NCBI GenBank assembly: GCA_030157655.1
Contig: JAOAUK010000005.1
Coordinates: 20,895-84,894, forward strand
Origin: Polynucleobacter sp.
GTDB lineage: Bacteria > Pseudomonadota > Gammaproteobacteria > Burkholderiales > Burkholderiaceae
Length of the DNA: 64,000 bases
Direction: 5' to 3'
This document shows positions 1 to 11,149 of the stretch, piece after piece (within the stretch, counting starts at the first letter, position 1; each line of letters begins with the position of its first letter). The notes below the pieces were generated by a model that was given only the letters and a program-made list of their open reading frames with translations, was not told the origin of the DNA and did no database searches. The translations under genes and the position numbers were made by a program.

Positions 1-848
1 TTATGCCTATCGTTGACAACCCAAGGCACTTTGGTCAGATTGCAGCTACCAATGCAATTTCTGATATTTATGCGATGGGTGGCACACCATTGATGGCTTT
101 GGCCATAGTGGGTATGCCCATCAACGTATTACCTCATGAAGATATTGCTGAAATCTTAGATGGTGGTCGTGAGGTTTGTGCCAAAGCAGGTATTCCGGTA
201 GCAGGCGGTCACTCGATAGACTCCGTCGAGCCAATTTATGGTTTAGCTGTGATTGGGATCATTGACCCTAAGAATCTGAAGAAAAATGCTACTGCAAAAG
301 CGGGTGATGTTTTGGTGCTTGGTAAGCCATTAGGCGTGGGTATTTATTCGGCGGCGCTTAAAAAAGAAAAATTAGATGCTGCAGGCTACGAGCAAATGAT
401 TGCCAACACAACCAAACTCAATACGCCAGGTAAAAAATTAGCAAGTATTTCAGGTGTGCATGCCATGACTGATGTCACCGGCTTTGGTTTGCTAGGACAT
501 GCATTAGAAATCTGTAAGGGCTCCAATGTTCAAGGGCAAATTAATTACGCTGATTTAAAAATCTTGCCAGGGGTTAAGGCTTTGGCGGAGCAAGGTTTCA
601 TTACTGGCGCATCAGGTCGTAACTGGAATAGCTACGGTGAGCATGTTGAGTTATCACAAGGCCTATCAGCTGTGGATCAGGCAATTTTGACTGATCCACA
701 AACCAGCGGGGGATTATTGGTGGCCTGTGATCCATCTGTGTTGAACCAAGTTCTACAGATATTTGCTGAAGAAGGTTTTGGTGATTCAGCCGTGATTGGT
801 CAGTTATCTCCTCAAGCCGAAGGGCATCCTTATTTCAAGGTTGTTTAA
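1..848 (+). CDS. selD: Selenide, water dikinase (selenophosphate synthetase), 5' truncated by window edge
   Basis: NAISDIYAMGG, GGHSI, MTDVTGFGLLGH and DPQTSGGLL motifs; N-terminal Cys/Sec region lies outside the window. Confidence 0.95.
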   Translation, partial: MPIVDNPRHFGQIAATNAISDIYAMGGTPLMALAIVGMPINVLPHEDIAEILDGGREVCAKAGIPVAGGHSIDSVEPIYGLAVIGIIDPKNLKKNATAKAGDVLVLGKPLGVGIYSAALKKEKLDAAGYEQMIANTTKLNTPGKKLASISGVHAMTDVTGFGLLGHALEICKGSNVQGQINYADLKILPGVKALAEQGFITGASGRNWNSYGEHVELSQGLSAVDQAILTDPQTSGGLLVACDPSVLNQVLQIFAEEGFGDSAVIGQLSPQAEGHPYFKVV

Positions 849-888
849 AAAATAGAATGCATTTATTAGATATGTCAAAATACAAGTT

Positions 889-1458
889 ATGACTATTAAA
901 TCTGACCGCTGGATCCGCCGCATGTGCGAAGAGCACGACATGATTTCTCCATTTGAGCCTGGCCAAGTGCGCCAGTCTGCTGATGGGCAAAAAATTGTTA
1001 GTTATGGCACATCAAGTTATGGCTATGACATTCGTTGTGCGGATGAGTTCAAGATTTTTACCAACATCAATAGCACTATTGTTGACCCAAAGAACTTTGA
1101 CGATAAATCCTTCGTTGATTTCAAGGGTGATGTTTGCATCATTCCACCTAACTCTTTTGCTTTGGCTAGAACGGTTGAGTACTTCAAGATCCCAAGAAGT
1201 GTCTTAACAGTTTGTTTGGGTAAAAGCACCTATGCTCGTTGCGGCATCATCGTGAACGTGACACCTTTTGAGCCAGAGTGGGAAGGTTATGTGACCCTGG
1301 AATTCTCAAATACAACACCGCTACCAGCAAAGATTTATGCGGGTGAAGGTTGTGCTCAAGTTCTATTCTTTGAGAGTGATGAGATCTGTGAGACTTCTTA
1401 TAAGGATCGTGGTGGTAAGTATCAAGGTCAGGTAGGCGTGACCTTGCCTAAAACCTAA
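889..1458 (+). CDS. dcd: dCTP deaminase
   Basis: [31 protein letters not shown] motifs. Confidence 0.96.
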   Translation: MTIKSDRWIRRMCEEHDMISPFEPGQVRQSADGQKIVSYGTSSYGYDIRCADEFKIFTNINSTIVDPKNFDDKSFVDFKGDVCIIPPNSFALARTVEYFKIPRSVLTVCLGKSTYARCGIIVNVTPFEPEWEGYVTLEFSNTTPLPAKIYAGEGCAQVLFFESDEICETSYKDRGGKYQGQVGVTLPKT

Positions 1459-1520
1459 GCTTTAAAGCCTCAAAAATCCCATTACAGTCATTGGGAACCC
1501 TATCTAGTATCTAAAGTACC

Positions 1521-1546
1521 AAAAGCACCTAAATAGGTGCTTTTTT
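1521..1546 (+). terminator. Intrinsic terminator after dcd
   Basis: AAAAGCACCT-AAAT-AGGTGCTTTTTT hairpin with T-tract. Confidence 0.75.
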
Positions 1547-1708
1547 ACTAGATTTTCATCCTGATGTCTTATTTAAACCCTTAAACTAGTTTGATTAGCG
1601 CAACATTCATTGAAATAAATTCAGCGAAATATCGTTTTTATATATATAGTCACGTTTTTAAGAAAAAGACCCGCAAAATAATCAGGGTTAGCCAGGTAGG
1701 GAGTCGCC

Positions 1709-3958
1709 ATGAAATTTCGTTTTCCAGTAGTCATTATTGACGAGGATTTCCGTACTGAGAATATCTCAGGTTCGGGTGCGCGCGCCCTGGCTGAAGCGAT
1801 CGAAACTGAGGGTATGGAAGTGCTTGGTTTGACCAGTTATGGCGACCTCACTTCATTTGCCCAACAAGCTGCTCGTGCTTCATGTTTCATCCTCTCAATT
1901 GACGATGAAGAGTTTGGTGCTGGTTCAGCAGAAGAGATTGATGTTGCTCTAGAAGGTTTGCGCGCATTTGTGGTTGAAGTGCGTAAGCGTAATGAAGAGA
2001 TTCCTATCTTCTTGTATGGTGAGACTAGAACTTCTCGCCACATTCCAAATGATGTTTTACGCGAGTTGCATGGCTTCATTCATATGAACGAAGACACGCC
2101 AGAGTTTGTGGCTCGTCACATCATTCGTGAAGCAAAGGTTTATCTAGATTCATTAGCGCCACCATTCTTTAAAGCCTTGACGCATTACGCATCAGATGGC
2201 TCTTACTCTTGGCATTGCCCAGGCCATTCGGGTGGCGTGGCTTTCTTGAAGAGCCCAGTAGGCCAAATGTTCCACCAGTTCTTTGGTGAGAACATGTTGC
2301 GTGCTGACGTTTGTAATGCGGTGGATGAGTTGGGTCAGTTGTTAGACCATACGGGCCCAGTAGCTGCTAGTGAGCGCAATGCGGCTCGTATTTTTAATGC
2401 CGACCACTTGTTCTTTGTAACCAACGGTACATCGACTTCTAACAAAATTGTTTGGCACTCAACGGTAGCTCCTGGCGACATCGTCTTGGTGGACCGTAAT
2501 TGCCATAAATCTATCTTGCACGCCATCATGATGACGGGAGCGATTCCTGTGTTCTTGATGCCTACGCGTAACCATTACGGCATTATTGGTCCTATTCCTA
2601 AAGAAGAGTTCGACTGGAAGACCATACAGAAGAAAATTCAGAACAATCCGTTCATTACGGATAAAAATGCTAAGCCACGCGTACTAACGATCACACAAAG
2701 TACTTATGACGGCGTTTTGTACAACGTGGAAATGATTAAAGAAATGTTGGATGGCAAAGTAGACACTTTGCACTTTGATGAGGCTTGGTTGCCGCATGCG
2801 ACATTCCACGACTTTTATAAGAATATGCATGCGATTGGTAAAGATCGCCCGCGCTCAAAAGAGAGCATGGTCTTCTCAACTCAATCAACGCACAAATTAT
2901 TGGCTGGCTTATCTCAGGCTTCTCAAATCTTGGTGCAAGATTCTGAATCGAACAAACTCGATAACGACTGCTTCAACGAGTCTTATTTGATGCATACATC
3001 GACTAGTCCACAGTACGCAATTATTGCGTCATGTGACGTGGCTGCAGCGATGATGGAGCCGCCTGGTGGCACAGCTTTGGTACATGAGTCGATTGCTGAG
3101 TCATTGGATTTCCGTCGCGCAATGCGCAAGGTGGATGAGGAGTGGGGCGCTGACTGGTGGTTCAAGGTTTGGGGTCCAGAGTACCTTGCTGAGGAAGGTA
3201 TTGGCGAGAGGGAAGATTGGGTATTGCAAGCAGATGAGCGTTGGCATGACTTTGGTAAGTTGGCTAATGACTTCAACATGTTGGATCCAATTAAAGCCAC
3301 CGTCATTACCCCAGGTTTAGAGATGGATGGTAATTTTGCAGATACAGGTATACCTGCAAGTATTGTGACCAAATATTTATCTGAGCATGGCGTGATTGTT
3401 GAGAAGACTGGTTTGTATTCATTCTTCATCATGTTCACTATTGGTATTACCAAAGGTCGTTGGAATACCTTGGTAACAACTTTGCAACAGTTCAAAGACG
3501 ACTACGATAAGAACCAACCTTTATGGCGTGTTCTGCCTGAGTTTGTGACCAAGCACCCGCGCTACGAGCGCATTGGTCTAAAAGATTTGTGTCAACAAAT
3601 TCACCAGGTATACAAAAAATACGATGTGGCCCGCATGACCACAGAAATGTACTTGTCTGACATGGTGCCAGCAATGAAGCCATCAGATGCATGGGCAAAG
3701 ATGGCGCATCGCGACATTGAACGTGTGCAAATCGATGCGTTAGAGGGTCGTGTGACAGCGATGTTGGTAACACCATACCCACCAGGTATTCCTTTGTTGA
3801 TTCCTGGCGAGCGCTTTAATAAACGCATTGTTGATTACTTGCGCTTCACACGTGACTTTAATGAACAGTTCCCTGGCTTTGAAACTGATGTACACGGTTT
3901 GGTTAAGGGTGACCTCAATGGTCGCAAAGAGTATTACGTGGACTGCGTTAAAGATTAA
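1709..3958 (+). CDS. Arginine/lysine/ornithine decarboxylase (PLP-dependent, wing-domain type)
   Basis: N-terminal receiver-like wing domain, HCPGH, DRNCHKS, PLP lysine motif STHKLLAG, PYPPGIP; GGGAG RBS. Confidence 0.93.
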   Translation: MKFRFPVVIIDEDFRTENISGSGARALAEAIETEGMEVLGLTSYGDLTSFAQQAARASCFILSIDDEEFGAGSAEEIDVALEGLRAFVVEVRKRNEEIPIFLYGETRTSRHIPNDVLRELHGFIHMNEDTPEFVARHIIREAKVYLDSLAPPFFKALTHYASDGSYSWHCPGHSGGVAFLKSPVGQMFHQFFGENMLRADVCNAVDELGQLLDHTGPVAASERNAARIFNADHLFFVTNGTSTSNKIVWHSTVAPGDIVLVDRNCHKSILHAIMMTGAIPVFLMPTRNHYGIIGPIPKEEFDWKTIQKKIQNNPFITDKNAKPRVLTITQSTYDGVLYNVEMIKEMLDGKVDTLHFDEAWLPHATFHDFYKNMHAIGKDRPRSKESMVFSTQSTHKLLAGLSQASQILVQDSESNKLDNDCFNESYLMHTSTSPQYAIIASCDVAAAMMEPPGGTALVHESIAESLDFRRAMRKVDEEWGADWWFKVWGPEYLAEEGIGEREDWVLQADERWHDFGKLANDFNMLDPIKATVITPGLEMDGNFADTGIPASIVTKYLSEHGVIVEKTGLYSFFIMFTIGITKGRWNTLVTTLQQFKDDYDKNQPLWRVLPEFVTKHPRYERIGLKDLCQQIHQVYKKYDVARMTTEMYLSDMVPAMKPSDAWAKMAHRDIERVQIDALEGRVTAMLVTPYPPGIPLLIPGERFNKRIVDYLRFTRDFNEQFPGFETDVHGLVKGDLNGRKEYYVDCVKD

Positions 3959-3973
3959 TAGTCTTTCACCAGC

Positions 3974-4010
3974 AATAAAAAAGGCTCATTTGAAATGAGC
4001 CTTTTTTATT
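3974..4010. terminator. Bidirectional intrinsic terminator between decarboxylase and argH
   Basis: AATAAAAAAGGCTCATTT-G-AAATGAGCCTTTTTTATT inverted repeat between convergent genes. Confidence 0.85.
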
Positions 4011-4055
4011 CATCAATGAACTACGTAAAGATAATCGACTGCGCCTATCCCTGGT

Positions 4056-5486
4056 TTACTTAAGATTCTTGCGGTAAGTGGCAATCGCCTTCTTCACTTG
4101 TTCTGGGGCAGTGCCACCAGTGTGATTACGGCTATTAACTGAACCTTCCAAGGTTAAAAAGCCAAACACGTCATCACCAATTAATTTAGCTTTGTCACCA
4201 AGATCACAAGCTGCTTGTAAATCAGGCAAAGATAGATCAGCTAAATCACAACCTTTGTTGGAGCATGCCTTAACAGCGTGAGCAACTGCTTCGTGAGCGT
4301 CGCGGAAAGGTAGACCTTTTTTCACCAAGTAATCAGCGAGGTCGGTTGCTGTAGCAAAACCTTGAAGAGCTGCTGCGCGCATCACATCTGCTTTCACTTG
4401 GATGTGAGGCACCATGTCTGCAAAAATACGCAAAGTGTCACGCAGCGTATCTGCAGAATCAAATAAAGGTTCTTTGTCTTCTTGATTGTCTTTGTTATAG
4501 GCCAATGGTTGACCCTTCATCAAAGTTAACAAAGAAATCAAGTTGCCGTTAACGCGACCTGTTTTACCACGCGCTAATTCAGGAACGTCTGGATTTTTCT
4601 TTTGCGGCATGATCGAGCTACCAGTGCAGAAGCGGTCTGGTAAATCAATGAAGCCGACACGTGGACTCATCCATAGAATCAATTCTTCGGATAAGCGAGA
4701 GATATGTGTCATCACTAGTGATGCTGTAGCGCAAAACTCAATAGCAAAGTCGCGATCAGACACAGCGTCGAGTGAGTTTTGACAAACACCTTCAAAGCCA
4801 AGGGTCTTGGCAACACGTTCGCGATCAATTGGATAACTCGTGCCTGCCAGAGCAGCCGCACCGAGTGGTAGACGATTCACGCGCTTACGACAATCTGCCA
4901 AACGCTCAGCATCACGCGCAAACATCTCTGCATAAGCCATCACATGATGGCCAAATGTAATAGGTTGCGCCACTTGCAAATGGGTAAAACCAGGCATGAT
5001 GGTTTCAGCATGTTTCTCTGCTAAACCTAACAAGCCAGAACGGAATGAAGTGAGTTCTGTTTGGATTTCATCAATCGCACCGCGTAACCACAAACGGATA
5101 TCTGTAGCGACTTGGTCGTTACGTGATCGGCCTGTGTGTAGACGTTTACCAGCATCACCTACTAACTTAGTGAGGCGGGCTTCGATATTTAAGTGCACGT
5201 CTTCAAGAGCGAGTTCCCATACAAAAGAACCCGCTTCGATTTCAGAGCGTATCTGCGCCATACCTTTTTGGATCTGAGCCAAGTCATCTGCACTAATAAT
5301 TTTTTGTGCGGCGAGCATGTCAGCATGAGCCAATGAGCCTTGGATATCCACCAAAGCCATACGTTTATCAAAATCAACAGAAGCGGTATATCGTTGTACG
5401 AGTTCCGCTACAGGCTCGGCAAAACGAGCCGACCAAGCTTGGTCTTTGTTGTCTAAAGAGTTCTTGTTTTTGTCTAAATCTGCCAT
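4056..5486 (-). CDS. argH: Argininosuccinate lyase
   Basis: [33 protein letters not shown] signature. Confidence 0.97.
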   Translation of the reverse strand: MADLDKNKNSLDNKDQAWSARFAEPVAELVQRYTASVDFDKRMALVDIQGSLAHADMLAAQKIISADDLAQIQKGMAQIRSEIEAGSFVWELALEDVHLNIEARLTKLVGDAGKRLHTGRSRNDQVATDIRLWLRGAIDEIQTELTSFRSGLLGLAEKHAETIMPGFTHLQVAQPITFGHHVMAYAEMFARDAERLADCRKRVNRLPLGAAALAGTSYPIDRERVAKTLGFEGVCQNSLDAVSDRDFAIEFCATASLVMTHISRLSEELILWMSPRVGFIDLPDRFCTGSSIMPQKKNPDVPELARGKTGRVNGNLISLLTLMKGQPLAYNKDNQEDKEPLFDSADTLRDTLRIFADMVPHIQVKADVMRAAALQGFATATDLADYLVKKGLPFRDAHEAVAHAVKACSNKGCDLADLSLPDLQAACDLGDKAKLIGDDVFGFLTLEGSVNSRNHTGGTAPEQVKKAIATYRKNLK

Positions 5487-5527
5487 AAACAGAAGTATAT
5501 TGCCTCAAAGGCCTTATCCTTATGGTT

Positions 5528-6472
5528 ATGACACAAATTTCTTATCCTAAAAAACTAGTTATTGCCTCCCGTGAGAGCCGTTTGGCCATGTGGCAGGCTG
5601 AATATGTCCGTGATTGCTTGAAAAAGCTCTATCCAGAGTGTGATGTCAGTATTCTGGGGATGACTACCCGCGGGGACCAGATTTTGGACCGAACCCTCTC
5701 TAAAGTAGGGGGTAAGGGGCTGTTTGTGAAGGAGCTCGAGGTGGCTTTGGAAGAGGGGCGAGCTGATCTGGCGGTCCATTCTTTAAAAGATGTGCCGATG
5801 CAGCTACCTGAAGGCTTTGAATTGGCCTGCATTATGGAACGTGAAGATGCTAGGGATGCCTTTGTTTCAAATGACTATGACTCTTTGGCTGATTTGCCTG
5901 CAGGAGCGGTTGTAGGAACGGCCAGTTTGCGTCGTGAGGCTTCTCTAAGGTCGAGATACCCTCACCTCAATATTCAGCCTTTACGGGGCAATTTAGACAC
6001 CCGTTTGGGTAAATTGGACAAAGGCGAGTATGCAGCCATTATTTTGGCTGCAGCTGGCTTGAAGCGTTTAGGTATGGCGAGCCGTATTCGCAGCCTATTG
6101 GCAACTGAGGACAGCTTGCCAGCAGCTGGTCAAGGCGCCTTGGGTATAGAAATTCGTGCCGGTAGACCTGAGATCGAGGCTTGTTTAGCACCTTTGAACC
6201 ATGCTCCATCAGCCATGGCCGTGAGCGCTGAAAGAGCTGTGTCTAGAGCTTTGGGTGGTTCTTGCGATGTTCCTTTGGCTGCTTATGCCACCTGGGAAGA
6301 TGCGAGCAATTTGTACTTGCGAGCTTTTGTGGCGAGTACAGATGGTCAAACCATTTGTCGTTCTGAGAAAAAATTATCTTTGACCAGCATTCAAGAAGCG
6401 GATGCCATGGGGTTACAAGTGGCCGATGATTTAATTGCTCAGGGTGCCCAAGAATTATTGCCTCCAAGGTAG
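5528..6472 (+). CDS. hemC: Hydroxymethylbilane synthase (start 5522 or 5528)
   Basis: [41 protein letters not shown]. Confidence 0.96.
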   Translation: MTQISYPKKLVIASRESRLAMWQAEYVRDCLKKLYPECDVSILGMTTRGDQILDRTLSKVGGKGLFVKELEVALEEGRADLAVHSLKDVPMQLPEGFELACIMEREDARDAFVSNDYDSLADLPAGAVVGTASLRREASLRSRYPHLNIQPLRGNLDTRLGKLDKGEYAAIILAAAGLKRLGMASRIRSLLATEDSLPAAGQGALGIEIRAGRPEIEACLAPLNHAPSAMAVSAERAVSRALGGSCDVPLAAYATWEDASNLYLRAFVASTDGQTICRSEKKLSLTSIQEADAMGLQVADDLIAQGAQELLPPR

Positions 6473-6490
6473 AAAGCAAGCAAAAAAATA

Positions 6491-7285
6491 ATGGCTCAAA
6501 TTGTTTTAACTCGCCCATTAGGGCAATCAATGCGATTGGGAGAGTTGCTAAGTCAGCAACTGCCTGAGTTAAAGCAAATTCAACTGCCTTTATTGTCTAT
6601 TGTTCCTAACGAAAGCCCGCAAGATGCGAAGCGTTTAAAGGAACTATTGCCCAGCATTGATTTAGCTGTGTTTGTTAGTCCTAATGCGATTGAGTGCACC
6701 ATGCGTTTGTTGGGTGCTGATTGGCCAAAGACGGTAGCTTTGGGCGTTGTGGGTGGAGGCAGTGTTGAGGCCTTGGAACGTCGAGCGATTACCCCAGAGA
6801 ATGGTTACAAAATTTACTACCCGAAGTTGCCTGAGAACTGGGATTCCGAAGGTTTGTGGGCAGAGCTTCAGAAGGTTCGTACTGATTGGGCTAAGCAACA
6901 CATTTTATTTTTAAAGGGTTCTGGTGGGCGTGCATGGTTAGCTGAGCAGTTATTGCACAGTGGAGCTCAGATCCATCATCTAGAAACCTATCGCAGGGTA
7001 CCTTTGTCAAAAGATGCCCCGGTTTGGCAAACATTAAAAAACACCGAAGCCAAAGATTCTGCATGTCTGATTACTTCCTCAGAAGGTCTTCGACACTTGG
7101 CAGATGTTTTAAAAGATAGTCAGCCGTGGGGGCAGGAGTGGTTAAATTTAGCTTTGATGATTTGTTCTCATCCTCGTATTGCACAAACTGCTGAAGAATT
7201 GGGTTTTAAGAAAGTAGAATGCTGTAATGCCGGAGATAATCAACTTGTCTTGGCTAGCGAACGTTGGATTCAACAATTGAAGTGA
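6491..7285 (+). CDS. hemD: Uroporphyrinogen-III synthase
   Basis: IVLTRP start, FVSPNA, SEGL, YRR, TSSEG; follows hemC. Confidence 0.9.
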   Translation: MAQIVLTRPLGQSMRLGELLSQQLPELKQIQLPLLSIVPNESPQDAKRLKELLPSIDLAVFVSPNAIECTMRLLGADWPKTVALGVVGGGSVEALERRAITPENGYKIYYPKLPENWDSEGLWAELQKVRTDWAKQHILFLKGSGGRAWLAEQLLHSGAQIHHLETYRRVPLSKDAPVWQTLKNTEAKDSACLITSSEGLRHLADVLKDSQPWGQEWLNLALMICSHPRIAQTAEELGFKKVECCNAGDNQLVLASERWIQQLK

Positions 7286-7300
7286 TTGAAAGAGGCTTAA

Positions 7301-8008
7301 ATGACCGCTGAAGTAAACAATGCGCCAGTAAGTAATTCTAAAAATGCTAAATCTGAAGCCCTGAGTCAGGGTTTATGGAAAGCGTTATGGATTGCCATCG
7401 CTGTTTGTATTCTTTGGTTGGGTTTTGAGGGTGGGATTCGTCTCTATCACCGCCCAGCTCAGCTAGATGGTCGCGTGGCAGAGCTTGAAGCTAAATTGGC
7501 CAGCGTCATGGCGCATGAAGCAGATTTAGAGGCTGTCTTAAAAGGCAATCTTGAGGCTGAAAAAGTGATTGCACCGGTTGCCGCAAAAATGACAGCGGTA
7601 CTCAATCAAATCAATCAATTGCCGATGACCGCTTTGCCTGCGGCACCATCAACAGCTCCAGCAGTTTCTTCAAAAGCACCGTCTCTCACGGATAAGGTTT
7701 TTTCAGCTATTCAGCGCATGGGTGATCAATTAGTGCGTGTTCAGGTAGTGGGTGATATTAAGGATCTTGCTCTAACACCAGCTGCTCAAGATTTGGTTCG
7801 TCAACAATTACGCTTGAGTATCTTGAGTGCTCGTATGGCCTGGTTATCAAATATGCCTCAAGTGGCAAAGGAAGATTTAACGCAAGCGCAGCAGTTACTG
7901 ACCAAGCATTTTCAAGCTCAATCTACAGCGGTTGTTAATGTGCAAAAAATGTTGGTTGATATACAGGCTGATATTGCTAAGCCGGTAGTTGCTAAGAAGG
8001 GCCCATAA
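7301..8008 (+). CDS. hemX: HemX-like membrane-anchored coiled-coil protein
   Basis: Single N-terminal TM, coiled coil, C-terminal LTP..Q..VRQQLRL..LSARMA typical of HemX; lies between hemD and hemY. Confidence 0.7.
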   Translation: MTAEVNNAPVSNSKNAKSEALSQGLWKALWIAIAVCILWLGFEGGIRLYHRPAQLDGRVAELEAKLASVMAHEADLEAVLKGNLEAEKVIAPVAAKMTAVLNQINQLPMTALPAAPSTAPAVSSKAPSLTDKVFSAIQRMGDQLVRVQVVGDIKDLALTPAAQDLVRQQLRLSILSARMAWLSNMPQVAKEDLTQAQQLLTKHFQAQSTAVVNVQKMLVDIQADIAKPVVAKKGP

Positions 8009-8009
8009 A

Positions 8010-9203
8010 ATGCGTGGCGCACTTTGGTTAGCTTTCTTATTTGCTTTAGCAGTTGTTGTAGCTCTTTTTGCGAGCAGCAATGGCGGGCACATCACAATTT
8101 ATTTTCCGCCGTATCGAGTAGATACAAGTCTTAATTTCTTCATTGCAGTTGTTTTAGGTATTTTTGTTACGGGCCTCATTGCTTGGAGAACGTTCGCGGC
8201 AATTTTGGATTTACCTAAACAAGCGGCAGCTTATCGTCGTAAACAACGTGAAGCACGTGCGGTAGCCCATTTGTCTGAGGCGATTGAAGATATCTTTGCG
8301 GGACGTTTTTCTAAGGCGCTAAAAGCTGCAGAGGCGGCCAGTGCTAACAGTGCCATGGCAGAAACTGCAGCGCTCTTAGCAGCAAGATCTGCGCATCGCT
8401 TGAATAAGTTTGCAGTTAGAGACGAGTGGTTAGCAAAGATCAAGTCAGCAGATAAACAGCAAGCTCGCTTGGTGGCGATGGCTGATATGCAGATGGATTC
8501 GAATGATGCTGATGGCGCTTTGGCAACGATTGATCAGTTGCAAAAAGGTGGGGCACGTCAGTTATTTGTTCAACGTATTGCTTTAAGAGCTAATCAGCAA
8601 CTCAAGCGCTGGGAAGAAGTATTGCGTTTAACGCATAGTTTGAGTAAGCGTGAGGCAATCCATCCAGTGATTGCGCAAAAAACAGTGCAAGAGGCTGTGG
8701 CTAAATTGGTTCAGCAAAAATCTTCTGACCATGAAGCGTTGTTACGTATTTGGAAGAATTTACCTAAAACAGATCGCAAGGCATCCAGAGTTGCTTTGGT
8801 GATGGCGAAAGGTTTATTGGCAACTGGTCAGCAAGATTTAGCCAGAGGGTTGATTGAAGAGTCTTTGGATGATCAATGGGATGAAGTTCTGTTGGGCATT
8901 TATCCAGAGTGTTTGCCAACCGGTTCAACCACATTAGTTTTGGCTCAGAAATTAGAAACTTGGATGACCAAATATCCAAGTGAGCCAGCTTTATCCTTGG
9001 CTTTGGGTAAATTGTGTTTGGCGCAAAAGCTATGGGGTAAATCTAAGTCTAGCTTGCAAGGCGTGGTGCGTGACTCCAAGTCTAAGCCTGCCATGAAAGC
9101 AGAAGCTCATATGACCTTGGCCAAATTACATGAGGCCTTACAAGAGCCGGCAGAAGCGGCTGAGCAGTACAAGCTAGCAGCCCAAATCTACGCAACGATC
9201 TAA
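8010..9203 (+). CDS. hemY: HemY-family TPR membrane protein (likely start 8010)
   Basis: Two N-terminal TM segments, PPYRVDTSLN, TPR-like helices, LGKLCLAQKLWGK. Confidence 0.88.
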   Translation: MRGALWLAFLFALAVVVALFASSNGGHITIYFPPYRVDTSLNFFIAVVLGIFVTGLIAWRTFAAILDLPKQAAAYRRKQREARAVAHLSEAIEDIFAGRFSKALKAAEAASANSAMAETAALLAARSAHRLNKFAVRDEWLAKIKSADKQQARLVAMADMQMDSNDADGALATIDQLQKGGARQLFVQRIALRANQQLKRWEEVLRLTHSLSKREAIHPVIAQKTVQEAVAKLVQQKSSDHEALLRIWKNLPKTDRKASRVALVMAKGLLATGQQDLARGLIEESLDDQWDEVLLGIYPECLPTGSTTLVLAQKLETWMTKYPSEPALSLALGKLCLAQKLWGKSKSSLQGVVRDSKSKPAMKAEAHMTLAKLHEALQEPAEAAEQYKLAAQIYATI

Positions 9204-9208
9204 AAACC

Positions 9209-9238
9209 GCCAATCACCGAGCGTGATTGGCATTTTTC
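9209..9238 (+). terminator. Probable intrinsic terminator of hem operon
   Basis: GCCAATCAC-CGAGC-GTGATTGGC followed by ATTTTT. Confidence 0.65.
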
Positions 9239-9263
9239 ATAAATCTCAAAGCGCATCTAAAAA

Positions 9264-9283
9264 TACTGTATATTTATACAGTA
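9264..9283. promoter_or_regulatory. LexA (SOS) box
   Basis: TACTGTATATTTATACAGTA matches CTGT-N8-ACAG, directly upstream of a Y-family polymerase. Confidence 0.92.
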
Positions 9284-9284
9284 T

Positions 9285-10586
9285 ATGACTCAAGTAGCTA
9301 ATCAACAACTGCGTGCTTTGTACGTGGACTTCAATTCTTATTTCGCATCTGCTGAGCAGCAGATGCGTCCGGAATTGCGTGGCCAGCCGATTGGCATTGT
9401 TGCTGTCATGACACCTAGTACTTGCTGTATTGCTGCTAGCGTTGAGGCCAAACGTTTTGGTGTAAAAACTGGAACGGGAGTCAGGGATGCGCAGCGTTTA
9501 TGTCCCGGTATTCAGTTTATTGAAGCAAGGCCTGAGGAATACATTCGTTTGCACCATCGTTTGCGCGAAGTCATTGAGTCTTGTTTGCCAGTGACCGCTG
9601 TTCGATCGATTGATGAGATGTGGTGCGAGTTAAAAGGTAGCGATCGTTTGCGAGCCAATGCAGAGAGATTAGCCATTCAGATCAAAGAAAAAATATATTC
9701 TGAAGTGGGTGATTATTTGCGTTGTTCAATTGGCATCGCTCCCAATCGTTATTTGGCAAAAACCGCTAGCAATATGCAAAAGCCCAATGGCTTAGTGGTG
9801 ATTGAAAAGTTAGATTTGCCAGACATACTATTTCGTTTAAGTTTGAGAGATTTAAATGGCATTGGTCATGCCATGGAAGAGCGCTTGATAGCCAGTGGAA
9901 TTGATTCTGTAGAAAAGCTATGTGCTGCTAGTCAATTAAAACTCAGAAAAGCATGGGGTGGTGTCGAAGGTGAGAGGATGTGGGCTCGCTTAAGAGCTGA
10001 GTGGGTGCCTGATCCGGCCACGGAAAAATCATCGGTTTCACATTCGCATGTTTTACCTCCTGAGTACCGTGACTATACGGGGGCATTTTCTGTGGCCCAT
10101 CGTTTATTGCAAAGAGCTGCTGCACGTTTAAGGGACTATGGGTTTGCTGCAGAACATTTAGGCGTCAGAGTTAAATTAATTGTGCGGGGCGCCAAACGTT
10201 CTGAGCATTCTTATTTTAGTTGGGGGGATGGTTGCTCATTGGGCGCTACCAATGACACAACTATTTTATTAAAGGCACTTGAAAGCCTTTGGGCCAACTA
10301 TCCTCGTGATGGGCATGTTCAACCGATGGCAGTTGGGGTGGTTCTTAGTGAGTTGCGAGATGCTGCTGGAATTACCTTAGGTATGTTTGAGGATGATCAC
10401 CATGAGCTCAATCAGGTATTGGATGCCGTGAACCTAAGGTATGGAAAAAATACTTTGTACTTTGGTGGTGCGCATCACGCCCTAGAGAAAGCTGCTCCGA
10501 GGATTGCGTTTAATCATATTCCTGATTTAGATCTAGAGCAGGGTGGCTTAGGGGTTTGGTCTGCAGGAAAACCTGGAAAGCATTAG
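9285..10586 (+). CDS. Y-family DNA polymerase (DinB/UmuC-like)
   Basis: YVDFNSYFAS, IAASVEAKRFGV, SIDE catalytic motif, SIGIAPNRYLAK..S..QKPNG. Confidence 0.92.
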   Translation: MTQVANQQLRALYVDFNSYFASAEQQMRPELRGQPIGIVAVMTPSTCCIAASVEAKRFGVKTGTGVRDAQRLCPGIQFIEARPEEYIRLHHRLREVIESCLPVTAVRSIDEMWCELKGSDRLRANAERLAIQIKEKIYSEVGDYLRCSIGIAPNRYLAKTASNMQKPNGLVVIEKLDLPDILFRLSLRDLNGIGHAMEERLIASGIDSVEKLCAASQLKLRKAWGGVEGERMWARLRAEWVPDPATEKSSVSHSHVLPPEYRDYTGAFSVAHRLLQRAAARLRDYGFAAEHLGVRVKLIVRGAKRSEHSYFSWGDGCSLGATNDTTILLKALESLWANYPRDGHVQPMAVGVVLSELRDAAGITLGMFEDDHHELNQVLDAVNLRYGKNTLYFGGAHHALEKAAPRIAFNHIPDLDLEQGGLGVWSAGKPGKH

Positions 10587-10596
10587 CATTACTTTC

Positions 10597-11139
10597 ATGA
10601 CTGAAACTAATTTACAAAAAGCCACTTTAGGTGGTGGTTGCTTTTGGTGCCTCGAAGCTGTTTATCAACAGGTGCGTGGTGTTGTGCATGTTGAATCTGG
10701 CTACACAGGAGGTCAAACCTTAAACCCTGACTATGACTCAGTGTGCACAGGTAAAACGGGGCATGCTGAGGTGGTGCAGATTGAGTTCGATGCCAATGTG
10801 CTGACTTATCAAAAAATTCTAGAAATATTTTTTGCAATACACGACCCAACTACTCTAAATCGTCAGGGTAATGACATCGGTTCTCAATATCGTTCAGTGA
10901 TTTATGCGCATGACAAGCAACAGCGCTTGCTGGCAGAAGAAGTCATCAAGCAGTTAGCTGCAGAAAATATCTTTGATCAACCGATAGTGACCGAGTTGGC
11001 AGATTTGCCTACTTATTATCCGGCAGAGGACTATCACCAAAATTATTTCAACAATCATCCTGATCAAGGATATTGTGCTTTTGTGGTGAGTCCTAAAGTT
11101 AGCAAATTCAGAAAGCAGTTTGCCGAACTGCTGATATGA
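10597..11139 (+). CDS. msrA: Peptide-methionine (S)-S-oxide reductase
   Basis: GGGCFWC, HDPTTLNRQGND, AEDYHQNY. Confidence 0.96.
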   Translation: MTETNLQKATLGGGCFWCLEAVYQQVRGVVHVESGYTGGQTLNPDYDSVCTGKTGHAEVVQIEFDANVLTYQKILEIFFAIHDPTTLNRQGNDIGSQYRSVIYAHDKQQRLLAEEVIKQLAAENIFDQPIVTELADLPTYYPAEDYHQNYFNNHPDQGYCAFVVSPKVSKFRKQFAELLI

Positions 11140-11149
11140 GAAAGACCTG

